33,926 bases of DNA from a virus (lineage: Duplodnaviria > Caudoviricetes), in IMG/VR virus record IMGVR_UViG_3300043449_000258, positions 1 to 33,926 of that record. One strand, given 5' to 3'. Of the stretch, positions 8,017-16,428 are shown piece by piece; the first letter of the stretch is position 1, and the number at the start of each line of letters is the position of its first letter. The notes under the pieces were generated by a model. That model was given only the letters and a program-made list of their open reading frames with translations. It made no database searches and was not told the DNA's origin. The position numbers and the translations under genes are program-made.

Positions 8017-9855
8017 TTAAAGGACAACCCACCGACTGCCGGCAGAAAGAGTAACTGCTGCGCCGCCGGAAACTGTGATCGGGCCGGTTGACATACCTGA
8101 AAACCCCACCGCTATCGTGTAGCTGGTAGCCACGGTTTGACTGTTCACAGTTATGCCGTTACTTGCAACAGGAACCCTTGCTTGCAACTCCCCAGTGCTT
8201 GGTTTGTATAAATACTGTGCGTTACTTGTAAATATCGTTGTCGGTGTCCCGCTTGTCGCAGATGCAAACAATGGGAACAGATTGGTTGCTGTGGTTGTGT
8301 CGTTGCTTAGTGTTGCACCAGCAGTGCCATTTGCCGCAGCCGTAATCAGACCCTTGGCATTGACCGTAATGTTTGCTGCGGTGAACGAGCCTACATTGGT
8401 GTTTACAGTCGCAAGTGTGCCAGCAGCAGTGACGTTTGCCGATCCGTCAAAAGATGGGCTGGTGTAGGCCAGATCACCTGTAACAGCAATGGTGCGTCCT
8501 GTAGTCAGGGTGGCGGCGCTGCCAGTTGTGTTCTGGTTTAGCGTAGGAACGTCTGATGCGACAACTGCGCGGAATGTTGGAACACCAGCAGAACCGTTTG
8601 GTGCTGCTAAAACAAAGTTGGCAGTCTTGCTGGCGTAAGGGTTAAGCGTGTCTCCGTATGCCGTTGCAAGGCTGATGGCAGGAGTCGTGCCACCGGAGGA
8701 TACAACTGGCGAGGTTCCTGTAACTGATGTAACGCCGCCAGGAGACCCGCTAGCGGCGGCAGTAATAAGTCCTTTAGCATTGACGGTAATGTTGGCATTT
8801 GTAAATGCGCCAACGTTGGAATTAACCGTAGCAAGCGTTGATGCGTTACCGACAGAGGTTACATCGCCAGTCAAATTAGCGTTAATTGTGGCGGTGCCTG
8901 TAGCATTGCCAGTGCCGCCATTAGCAGTGGCGAGAGTTCCGGCCAATGTAATAGTGCCGGTTGTGGTAATCGGGCCACCGCTAGTGGTCAGACCCGTAGT
9001 GCCACCAGATACATCTACCGAAGTTACAGTCCCCGTTCCAGACGCAATCGTAAAACTTGGATAAGTGCCTGTAACAGTAGTTCCACCTGAACCTGTCAAC
9101 GCGACTACTTGGTCGGGCGCGGTATTGGTTATATTCAAAGTGCCAGTAGTGGTAATTGGACTACCTGTGACACTAATTCCAGTTCCAGCGGTAGCTGCAA
9201 CGCTTGTCACAGTTCCAGTTCCAGCACTGACGTTTACAGTGACATCATCACCAGATGCAGTAGCCGTTACTGTCGCACCAACAAAGTTGATGTTTTTTAC
9301 ACCAGTAGATACCGTGGTTCCTTCGTCTTTAATGCCCACCGCGCCGTTTGTGGACATCGTGGAAATAACTTTGATGTTGTTAGCCAACTCTTGCGAGACT
9401 ACTTCGCCAACGTTAATCACACGGCCATTCGACAAAGTAATAACGAGAGAGCCATCAAAGTCGATGCTGGCATCTGTTACCGATACGCCATCAACACCAT
9501 CTACCCCGTCACGGCCTGGCAATCCATCTTCACCTTTTTTGCCAGCCAGTCCATCACGCCCTGCTCGTCCATCTTTACCAGCACGACCATCTGAGCCGTT
9601 GCGCCCGTCCTGGCCATCTTTGATAGAGGTGATCCGCTCAGATAGTTTGTCGGCAACATCGCTGTACTCGCTACGCAGATCAGCCTCCATCTTACGCAAG
9701 GCTTGAATTACAACATTGACGTTCTCGCCTATGCGTTGCTTCTGAATGGTTTTGGCTTGAGCGACAGAATCTTTTATAGACTCAAGCAAAGAAGCCTGCT
9801 GTTCTTCAGTGATACCCTTCAAAAGAACGTCAATAGCAAGTTTATCTGCGTCCAT
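8017..9855 (-). CDS. Long fibre protein with coiled coil, collagen-like segment and Thr/Gly-rich repeats
   Basis: 612 aa; 15 Gly-X-Y triplets; GTGTVTSV x2; TLATVNxNVGxFTxANITVNAKGLITAA x2; C-terminal GSRWVVL. Confidence 0.8.
   Translation of the reverse strand: MDADKLAIDVLLKGITEEQQASLLESIKDSVAQAKTIQKQRIGENVNVVIQALRKMEADLRSEYSDVADKLSERITSIKDGQDGRNGSDGRAGKDGRAGRDGLAGKKGEDGLPGRDGVDGVDGVSVTDASIDFDGSLVITLSNGRVINVGEVVSQELANNIKVISTMSTNGAVGIKDEGTTVSTGVKNINFVGATVTATASGDDVTVNVSAGTGTVTSVAATAGTGISVTGSPITTTGTLNITNTAPDQVVALTGSGGTTVTGTYPSFTIASGTGTVTSVDVSGGTTGLTTSGGPITTTGTITLAGTLATANGGTGNATGTATINANLTGDVTSVGNASTLATVNSNVGAFTNANITVNAKGLITAAASGSPGGVTSVTGTSPVVSSGGTTPAISLATAYGDTLNPYASKTANFVLAAPNGSAGVPTFRAVVASDVPTLNQNTTGSAATLTTGRTIAVTGDLAYTSPSFDGSANVTAAGTLATVNTNVGSFTAANITVNAKGLITAAANGTAGATLSNDTTTATNLFPLFASATSGTPTTIFTSNAQYLYKPSTGELQARVPVASNGITVNSQTVATSYTIAVGFSGMSTGPITVSGGAAVTLSAGSRWVVL
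9481..9615 (-). repeat. Collagen-like (Gly-X-Y)15 coding repeat
   Basis: GQD GRN GSD GRA GKD GRA GRD GLA GKK GED GLP GRD GVD GVD GVS. Confidence 0.85.
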
Positions 9856-11887
9856 CGATCAACTCCTTCGTCAACTGATCGAGGAAATCTTCTTCCATGC
9901 CAGCGACTTTGTTGCGCTTTTCAGCCATCTGAAGTTCAACAATCTTGCTCTTGTTCTTCATGTCAGCTTCTTTCAACATAAGCTCGGCAATCTTAACGCG
10001 CTTGTCAAACTCGTTAGACTCGTTGCCTTGTGGAAGATTCTTGGTAGTCGAGGCCAGTATCTTGGCCTGTGTTTCCTGCGGCATCAGTTGCGTCTCAGTC
10101 ATCAGCTTAGTAGCCTCTGCACGATTCTGTTCTGCCTGCGTCGTATCCACAGCAATAGCGGCCTGTGCTGCTTGTAGCGCGAGCTGCTGCTGCGCTTGCT
10201 GTAATTGCTGCGCTTCAGGATTAGGTTGACTCATCTGATCTAGCGCCGCGATTAACTCAAAGCGGTTGGTCAGGCTACTGTTGTTCAGAATGCCCTTGAG
10301 AATCAGCGGCAGAACTGGCGTATTGGGGCCAAGTGTCTGCAGCAATCCGATAAACTGCTGTTGCTCATATTCTCGCGCAATAATGCCCAAAGTCGCCGTT
10401 GGAATGAAGCGCATGTCCACCGATGGGTATCGCTCCGGGTCAAACTGCATAAACCGGAATGCAGCTTTCTGGATAAACGGAATCAGGAAATCTTCCTGAA
10501 AGTTGACCAGTGTGCGCTTGTACTTCTTGATGATCGTTGCTACGGCCATGCTCATACCGGCACCATCGCGGTTGCCTTGGCTAACCATGCCCTGACTGTC
10601 CATAGTGCCGGTGGCTTGCAGCAGCATTCTCTCAAAGTCTTTGGCAGTCGCCATGTTGTTCAGGCTTGTCTCACCAAACTTGAAAGGGTAGAGAATCTCA
10701 GCAGGGTTGCCGTTGACCATAAACGCTTTGCCGGGCTTTACCTCAAACTTGGCGCCCCGCGGCAGCCTGGTTGCATCTAAGCCCATCATGGGGCTGGTGG
10801 TCAGTGCCAAGCTATCCAGATGGCTACGCACTTGCGCGTCAATCGCCTTCTGCATGTTGTAGGACTTCTCGACCGTCCCGCGTCCAAGCAGACGGTTAGG
10901 CACAGTGTCATCCTGATAACTGATGATCGGACGATCTTTCATCATGTACGGATTGGCTTCTGCCTTCAACAAAACACCTTCGTTGGCGATAACCACAATG
11001 GCCTCGACCATGTTGGAATAGTCATCGGCAACGCTACTTTCTGGAAACAACTCAACAACTTCTTTGTTTTCCTCAAGATTATCAAGATACTCTTTAGGCA
11101 CCAGGCCGTAGTAGGTCAGCAGACGCACTTTCTGGTCACGATACTGCGTCACTTCCTGCGTCGGTTCCAGGTCGGTGTCCTCAGAAGCTGTGCCTAAATC
11201 CACCTTGCGATAGATACCCAACTCCATGCCCTGCACAACCTTGTGAATGCCGACATACTTCTCGACTGCTACGCCCATACAGTCGTCAATGCTCGTTCCA
11301 TTCGGGTCAAACAGAAAGTTTTTAGGGTTTACAGGGATAATCTTTACCGCAATCCGGCTTTTTTCCACAACACCTATAGCTGCCTGCCCCATATCGCCCG
11401 GAATCTGCTGTGTCGCTGGTTCAAATATCTGTTCCGTCTTGACAATGATCTCGCCAATGCCAGTTCCGTAGATTTCAGCCATCAATTCAATCTGATCGAT
11501 GGATTTTCGTATCTTGTCTACCTTGAAATCCTCCATCATCTGCGCTTTGAGGGCTTCAACGTCCAGCGGGTTACCGTTTACATCTCTCAGATCGTCTTTA
11601 ATGTCGAAAAAGTCACCTTGACCGAAGATCGCTTCCATAATTTCAGCGTGTCGAGTCTCAACTGCCTGTTGAGTGGCAGGAGTTACAATCCGGCTCCGCT
11701 CGGATTCCCGCGTCTTATCTTCAGATGCCCATTCACCACGAAAAATACGCTCGTACTCAAGGTACGCAGTCATAAAATTCGTGTTTCGATAATCCCGCCA
11801 CCGGTCGCAGTGGTCAACGACAAACGCTGTCAGTTCTTTGTCGTTCTCGGTCGGCTCTTGATACTCATTCTGTTCTAATTCATCCAT
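9842..11887 (-). CDS. Portal protein
   Basis: 681 aa directly after terL; YGTGIGEI, NPKNFLFDP and GRGTVEK motifs; Gln-rich C-terminal helical barrel. Confidence 0.9.
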   Translation of the reverse strand: MDELEQNEYQEPTENDKELTAFVVDHCDRWRDYRNTNFMTAYLEYERIFRGEWASEDKTRESERSRIVTPATQQAVETRHAEIMEAIFGQGDFFDIKDDLRDVNGNPLDVEALKAQMMEDFKVDKIRKSIDQIELMAEIYGTGIGEIIVKTEQIFEPATQQIPGDMGQAAIGVVEKSRIAVKIIPVNPKNFLFDPNGTSIDDCMGVAVEKYVGIHKVVQGMELGIYRKVDLGTASEDTDLEPTQEVTQYRDQKVRLLTYYGLVPKEYLDNLEENKEVVELFPESSVADDYSNMVEAIVVIANEGVLLKAEANPYMMKDRPIISYQDDTVPNRLLGRGTVEKSYNMQKAIDAQVRSHLDSLALTTSPMMGLDATRLPRGAKFEVKPGKAFMVNGNPAEILYPFKFGETSLNNMATAKDFERMLLQATGTMDSQGMVSQGNRDGAGMSMAVATIIKKYKRTLVNFQEDFLIPFIQKAAFRFMQFDPERYPSVDMRFIPTATLGIIAREYEQQQFIGLLQTLGPNTPVLPLILKGILNNSSLTNRFELIAALDQMSQPNPEAQQLQQAQQQLALQAAQAAIAVDTTQAEQNRAEATKLMTETQLMPQETQAKILASTTKNLPQGNESNEFDKRVKIAELMLKEADMKNKSKIVELQMAEKRNKVAGMEEDFLDQLTKELIDGRR

Positions 11888-11902
11888 TGTGCGACCTCGT
11901 AT

Positions 11903-13165
11903 TTATACGCCACTTAAAATATCCATTGGCTTCCAGACGTAATCCTCGTTCTCTTCTTCAAAATAGCTTGTCACCGCCAACTGGTCAATGTAGCTCAACG
12001 CATCCGGCAAATCGTCGTGAACCCCTTGCGCCGGGAACATCAGAAGCTGGTCGGTAAAGTCAGACCAGTCTTTCTTGCTGTTAAGAATAATCCTGCCGTG
12101 TTCAAACCGGCCTTGCAATGACCAGATTATTCTATCAGCTTTCTTTCTGTTGCCATGCGTCAGGTCAATGATGTGGCTATATACATTATTCTTTCTCATC
12201 AAGTCTGACAAGTAGGGCAGAACTGCATTCTTCAAAGCTCCGCGTTCAATTCCAACGCTGATAGGTCGATAGTCACGCATCTTCATCAGTATCTTGGAAG
12301 ATGTCTCGCGTATATCCCAACGCCCATGCTCGATCTCTTCTACGAACCACTGGCCATCATCCGTGACCTTTACCACTGCGATAGCAGACTCGTCCAATCT
12401 CTTTTTTACATTCGCAGCTTGCTTGGCAACTTCCTCAAATCCAGCCAAGTCAACTGCAACGAAGTGGCTTCCAATCGGCGGTGCCTCGCCATACTTAATC
12501 CACTCTTCTTTGAAGATGTCAGACCCGGCATTGCTGAAACTTGCCATGTATTCTTGCCGGAAAGAAAAACTGGAAAGCGTTTTTTTCGCAGACTCGATCT
12601 CAAGTGCGTCTATCAGAGGGTTATCGGCAGTTGTAAAGTGCCAAGACTTCCAGTCGTTGTCATCTTCAGACTGCCCCAAGTTCCACAGGTCAAAAAACCA
12701 GTTCCGGCCTTTAGGTGTGCCGATGAACATGGCTGCGCCTTTCTTGTCCGACAGACTGGCTCTTATGACCTGCTCCCAAGCCGCGGGCTTGATGTCTGCC
12801 ACTTCGTCTAGCACAGCATACGTCAGGCTAACCCCGCGTAGGGTATCTGGTCTGTCAGCACCGCGCACATAAATCCTCGCCCCGTTAATCATCGTGATGT
12901 CTAGGTTGTTCACATGTGCAGACTGGATCACCTCCCGCCCCAAGTCTAGCAGCAAGTCCCAGATGATCTGCCGAGACTGTCCCATAGTCGGACTGACATA
13001 CAGCACCGCACTTCCAGCAGGGCAACGCAGCGCCTCGATCAGCAGGATGGTTGCCGCCAGCCGAGACTTACCGCATCGTCTGCCAGCAGCGATGACCTTG
13101 AACCTTGTTTTGTCTGTATAGACCGTCTGCTGCCAGGGGAGAAGCTGGAAGTTCAGGTCAGACAT
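11903..13165 (-). CDS. terL: Terminase large subunit
   Basis: Walker A AAGRRCGKS, Walker B AVLDE, coupling motif IGTPKG, nuclease acidic residues VAVDLA and HDDLPDAL. Confidence 0.95.
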   Translation of the reverse strand: MSDLNFQLLPWQQTVYTDKTRFKVIAAGRRCGKSRLAATILLIEALRCPAGSAVLYVSPTMGQSRQIIWDLLLDLGREVIQSAHVNNLDITMINGARIYVRGADRPDTLRGVSLTYAVLDEVADIKPAAWEQVIRASLSDKKGAAMFIGTPKGRNWFFDLWNLGQSEDDNDWKSWHFTTADNPLIDALEIESAKKTLSSFSFRQEYMASFSNAGSDIFKEEWIKYGEAPPIGSHFVAVDLAGFEEVAKQAANVKKRLDESAIAVVKVTDDGQWFVEEIEHGRWDIRETSSKILMKMRDYRPISVGIERGALKNAVLPYLSDLMRKNNVYSHIIDLTHGNRKKADRIIWSLQGRFEHGRIILNSKKDWSDFTDQLLMFPAQGVHDDLPDALSYIDQLAVTSYFEEENEDYVWKPMDILSGV

Positions 13166-14376
13166 CAGTATGTCGAGCCAAAAGGGTCTTTATACATAAG
13201 CGATGGCGCAGGAACGGTCTGCTTCATCATGTTCCCAACATTTTGATTGTTGCGCTCCAATATATTAAGCATACTTTCGCTGCCGGGGAATACGACGAAG
13301 TTGCTTGTGCCTTTGCCGCCAACGCGGGAGCCTTCATCTAGGTAGCGGATGCCGGGAATGCCTGCATCACGCATGAACTCGCTAACCTTTGCTTGACTAC
13401 CTCCGAATTGAGACAGCATACCTTCGTAAAGTTGCCTGCCAGTTACCTCGCTGCCTCTAGCATTGGCTTTTGCAATCAGCCTTGCATAATCATCAACACC
13501 TTTGCCTGCTCCCTTGTATTCCTTCACAACGTCAGCCACCGGACGATACCAACTCTGCTGACTCAACGGCTTATCCCAGTCCAAAAACTTTGCTATCTGC
13601 GCGTCGGGGAGGTCTACTTTGTAGAGGGAGCCAGAAGGTGCGTTTTTAATTTTTGCGCCCTTTAATGCTTCAATTTGCTTTGCAAGTGCTGCCGAATGTG
13701 CGCGACCTTCTGGTGTTAAGAATTGTTCAGTAGCCCCGCGCCGCGCCATTGCCAAAGCAGTGTCGTATCCATTTGCAGAAATTGATGATGCAGCAGAAAA
13801 GTTTGGGTCTATAGGAAAAACTTTTTTACCGTTGAGTAAAGTGTCCGTGGTTTGCAAGGCATCTCGATACCCCTGCGCCACCCCCGGATTCTCCGCAAAA
13901 TACAACCCATGCCCGTAAGCCTGCGCTCCCTCACCAGTCCCGATCTTGCTGGCATCAAACTTGTCAAACTTGTGCGGAGAACCGTGATACACATCCAACT
14001 GCGATACCGGCCCAACCTGCTTGCCACCACGCATCGCACCTATCATCTTGCCAAACGGTACAAGCGACAATCCAGCCAGCGCCATACCCAACGGATCATC
14101 GTCACGGCGCGCTCGCTCGATGTCCCGCACCGCCATCGCCTGCCCAACGCCAGGCACAAAGCCTAAAGCCATCTCTGCCGCCATCGTGCCATAGCCCTGG
14201 TCAGGCTGCTGGTCAAAAGAAACGAATTGAGTCCCAAACTCCGACACCGGCCCAGGCACCTGACGCGCAGGTAGGTTCATCCGCCGCCCCTGCCGCATCA
14301 AGTTAGGGTTTCCGAAAGCAGGCTGCATCGCCCGTTGATACTCTAGCGCGGCCAGAAGTCGATCTTCATTAGTCAT
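13165..14376 (-). CDS. Putative ADP-ribosyltransferase-fold (ART-PolyVal-like) protein with pre-toxin TG-like helical motif
   Basis: GFVPGVGQAMAVRD...LGMALAGLSLVPFGK, then VYHGSPHKFDKFD...GTGEGAQAYGHGLYFAE and GIPGIRYLD...NFVVF. Confidence 0.6.
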   Translation of the reverse strand: MTNEDRLLAALEYQRAMQPAFGNPNLMRQGRRMNLPARQVPGPVSEFGTQFVSFDQQPDQGYGTMAAEMALGFVPGVGQAMAVRDIERARRDDDPLGMALAGLSLVPFGKMIGAMRGGKQVGPVSQLDVYHGSPHKFDKFDASKIGTGEGAQAYGHGLYFAENPGVAQGYRDALQTTDTLLNGKKVFPIDPNFSAASSISANGYDTALAMARRGATEQFLTPEGRAHSAALAKQIEALKGAKIKNAPSGSLYKVDLPDAQIAKFLDWDKPLSQQSWYRPVADVVKEYKGAGKGVDDYARLIAKANARGSEVTGRQLYEGMLSQFGGSQAKVSEFMRDAGIPGIRYLDEGSRVGGKGTSNFVVFPGSESMLNILERNNQNVGNMMKQTVPAPSLMYKDPFGSTY

Positions 14377-14387
14377 TTGTTCCTCGC

Positions 14388-14969
14388 TCAGACATCGGTT
14401 ATGTTATCCGCGTCAATAGTAGCTGGTTCAACCACAGCGCCTAACCCAGTGATGTTGATAGTCACCGCACTTCTATGTTGCCTGTCCTTCTCAAACAGGC
14501 TTACAGGCAGTGTTCTGTCCATACACAGCTTAATCATCGCAGCCTGTGCCGGGTGAGCGTCGTTCATGGCGATCTCGATGGCCTTGTTCACCACCAGCTC
14601 GCCAGCGCCATCCAGCAACAGCTTCTTCAGTTCGTTGATCTTCTGGTGGTCTGTCTTTGCCAACATCGTTGGCGGGCGACCAATCATCTTTGTGCCTAGC
14701 GGTCTGCCGACGTTTCGCTTGATCTTGGTCTGGTTCTCAGTCCACAGCTTTAAAGATGTACTGTCGCCATCCAATGCCTTGTTGTAAATTGCTTTGGCAA
14801 TCTGCCCGTTGGCTTTAGCCTGCCCGATCTCTATCTCGCGGCTGTAATGCTCGAACAGCGTTTTCTCATCAACATTGATAAGGGCTGCAATCTCGTTGTA
14901 CGGTAATCCTATCCCACTGGTGGACTCCACCAAGCGGCGATGGTCGGGGTTCGGAGTGTAGTCAATCAT
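14388..14969 (-). CDS. terS: Terminase small subunit (apparently two TerS-like modules)
   Basis: HTH-like GLPYNEIAALINVDEKTL...ALDGDSTSLKLW, then GRP...AIEIAMND...AMIKLCMDRTLP...VTINITG; upstream of terL. Confidence 0.65.
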   Translation of the reverse strand: MIDYTPNPDHRRLVESTSGIGLPYNEIAALINVDEKTLFEHYSREIEIGQAKANGQIAKAIYNKALDGDSTSLKLWTENQTKIKRNVGRPLGTKMIGRPPTMLAKTDHQKINELKKLLLDGAGELVVNKAIEIAMNDAHPAQAAMIKLCMDRTLPVSLFEKDRQHRSAVTINITGLGAVVEPATIDADNITDV

Positions 14970-16167
14970 TCTTGAAAGGCTCGCCAGTTGATTCCAGCGT
15001 TGCTGTCTGTCCTGTGAATTCCTGCCAGCGTTGGACGATTACATCGCAGTATTTTGGGTCGAGTTCCATGCTGCGGTTGATACGGTTTGTTTTCTCACAG
15101 GCGATCAGGGTGGAGCCGCTGCCGCCGAATAGGTCAACAACTATGCGTTTGTCGGCCATCGAGTAGTAATCAAAGAACCAGCACACCAATTCAACAGGCT
15201 TTTGCGTAGGATGAACGCGCTTTTTTGTGTCATCTTTTTGCATTCCATGATGCCCAGACCACAAGATTCTTGCCACCATTCGCTTGTGTTTTGCCCTTGA
15301 CCAGCAAAGTTCAAACGTGTTTCCCACGACCTTATCCATGTTCTCACCACATCGCTTGTCCCACACCACCCATGAACCGGCATTTCGGTTAGGTATCAGG
15401 TCAACGTAATAATCAGCCCCCCAAAGAAAAATTTCCTTGCAATAGTCAAACATGGAAAAAATCGTGTTTATAAACTCAGGGTTGAAGTCTTCATGGTCGC
15501 CCTTAACCGCGTCGAATCGCTTGCCAGTTTTTCGATGCTTGGCATCGCTGCTAAACATGCTGTCGTAGTCTGTATTTAAAAACATCCCATAAGGCGGGTC
15601 AGTAAACACCATGTCAGCCTTCTGCCCATCCATCAGCTTCTCAACCGCATCAATGCTGGTCGAGTCGCCGCAAAGCAGCCGGTGTTTACCCAGCAGCCAA
15701 ACGTCCCCCAGGACGGTCACAGGGGCTTCAGGCACATCCGGCACAGCGTCATCGTCTGTCAGGCCAACCTCTACCGGCTTCAAGGCTGCTATCTCATCCA
15801 ACGTGAACCCGGTCAGTTCCAGATCAAACCCTAACTCTTCCAGCTCGCCCAGCTCCAGCCGCAACATCTCATCGTCCCACCCGGCATCCAGCGCCAGCCG
15901 ATTGTCGGCAATGACGTATGCCCGTCTCTGAGTCTCTGTTAGCTCACTCAACTCGATGGTAGGAACCTCGGTGTGGCCTAACTTCCGCGCTGCCAGTAGC
16001 CTTCCATGCCCGGCAATCACCACCCCTTCAGCGTCAACCAGGATAGGGTTTGTCCAGCCAAACTCTTTGATACTCGCTGCAATCTGCGCTACCTGCCCAT
16101 CTGAATGCGTCCTGCTGTTCCTAGCGTACGGAATCAGGTCAGTTACGTTGCGGTGAGTGATCTGCAT
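14962..16167 (-). CDS. ParB/Srx N-terminal domain + beta-class N6A/N4C DNA methyltransferase, 401 aa
   Basis: ParB domain LIPYARNSRTHS...EFGWTNPILVD...IAGHGRLLAA...IADNRL; MTase motif IV FTDPPYG, HPTQKP, motif I DLFGGSGST. Start placed at ATG 16167. Confidence 0.9.
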   Translation of the reverse strand: MQITHRNVTDLIPYARNSRTHSDGQVAQIAASIKEFGWTNPILVDAEGVVIAGHGRLLAARKLGHTEVPTIELSELTETQRRAYVIADNRLALDAGWDDEMLRLELGELEELGFDLELTGFTLDEIAALKPVEVGLTDDDAVPDVPEAPVTVLGDVWLLGKHRLLCGDSTSIDAVEKLMDGQKADMVFTDPPYGMFLNTDYDSMFSSDAKHRKTGKRFDAVKGDHEDFNPEFINTIFSMFDYCKEIFLWGADYYVDLIPNRNAGSWVVWDKRCGENMDKVVGNTFELCWSRAKHKRMVARILWSGHHGMQKDDTKKRVHPTQKPVELVCWFFDYYSMADKRIVVDLFGGSGSTLIACEKTNRINRSMELDPKYCDVIVQRWQEFTGQTATLESTGEPFKND

Positions 16168-16172
16168 GGCTG

Positions 16173-16181
16173 AATGTAGCA
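16173..16181 (-). promoter_or_regulatory. Candidate extended -10 element (TGcTACATT) 5 nt before the MTase ATG
   Basis: TG-N-TACATT, then CAGCC-ATG; no clear SD. Confidence 0.3.
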
Positions 16182-16273
16182 TATTTCCATTTTTACTTTT
16201 TTTGTGGGGGAGAGGGTACAGCAATATTTCTGCCGAGCGCCGACCCCTCCCCCCCCTACTTTGCATCCTGTGG

Positions 16274-16301
16274 ACTTTACATAATGCACATTATACGAAG
16301 T
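16274..16301 (-). other. XerC/XerD dif-like recombination site (11-6-11)
   Basis: Minus strand ACTTCGTATAA-TGTGCA-TTATGTAAAGT versus E. coli dif GGTGCGCATAA-TGTATA-TTATGTTAAAT; the XerD arm matches 9/11; lies in non-coding DNA. Confidence 0.75.
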
Positions 16302-16322
16302 TGCACTGCACCAACCTATAAT

Positions 16323-16335
16323 AATCAATGACTTA
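16323..16335 (+). promoter_or_regulatory. IHF binding site
   Basis: AATCAATGACTTA is an exact match to WATCAANNNNTTR, 21 bp from the dif-like site. Confidence 0.6.
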
Positions 16336-16428
16336 CAGCGCACCGATTGCAGATCACCGACTGCGTTTCGTGCATAATCGCATGTTGCACTGCATTCTGC
16401 TGCAAAAATCCACCATGCGAGCCAGCGG

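Noticed and set aside
5838-9855. Diversity-generating retroelement or invertible tail-fibre cassette
   Set aside because: No reverse transcriptase or invertase. The repeats seen are protein-level with synonymous divergence, not adenine-specific TR/VR pairs.
3492-12872. Long plus-strand ORFs antisense to structural genes (e.g. 3492-4259, 9065-9706, 11243-11878, 12294-12872)
   Set aside because: Shadow ORFs of strongly supported minus-strand genes, with no recognisable motifs.
14962-16167. Complete restriction-modification system
   Set aside because: No cognate restriction endonuclease is adjacent; the nearby nucleases are typical nin-region types, and orphan ParB-MTases next to terS are common in phages.
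16168-16266. 33-aa N-terminal extension of the methyltransferase given in the ORF track
   Set aside because: It runs through homopolymer tracts of the control region; ParB similarity starts at MQITHRNV.
16272-16305. loxP site (AACTTCGTATAATGT matches one loxP arm)
   Set aside because: The second arm is XerD-like (TTATGTAAAGT) rather than an inverted loxP arm, the geometry fits 11-6-11, and no Cre-like gene is present.
16367-16394. Second Xer site starting TTCGTGCATAA
   Set aside because: Only a weak XerC-like half; there is no TTAT-starting XerD arm after 6 bp.
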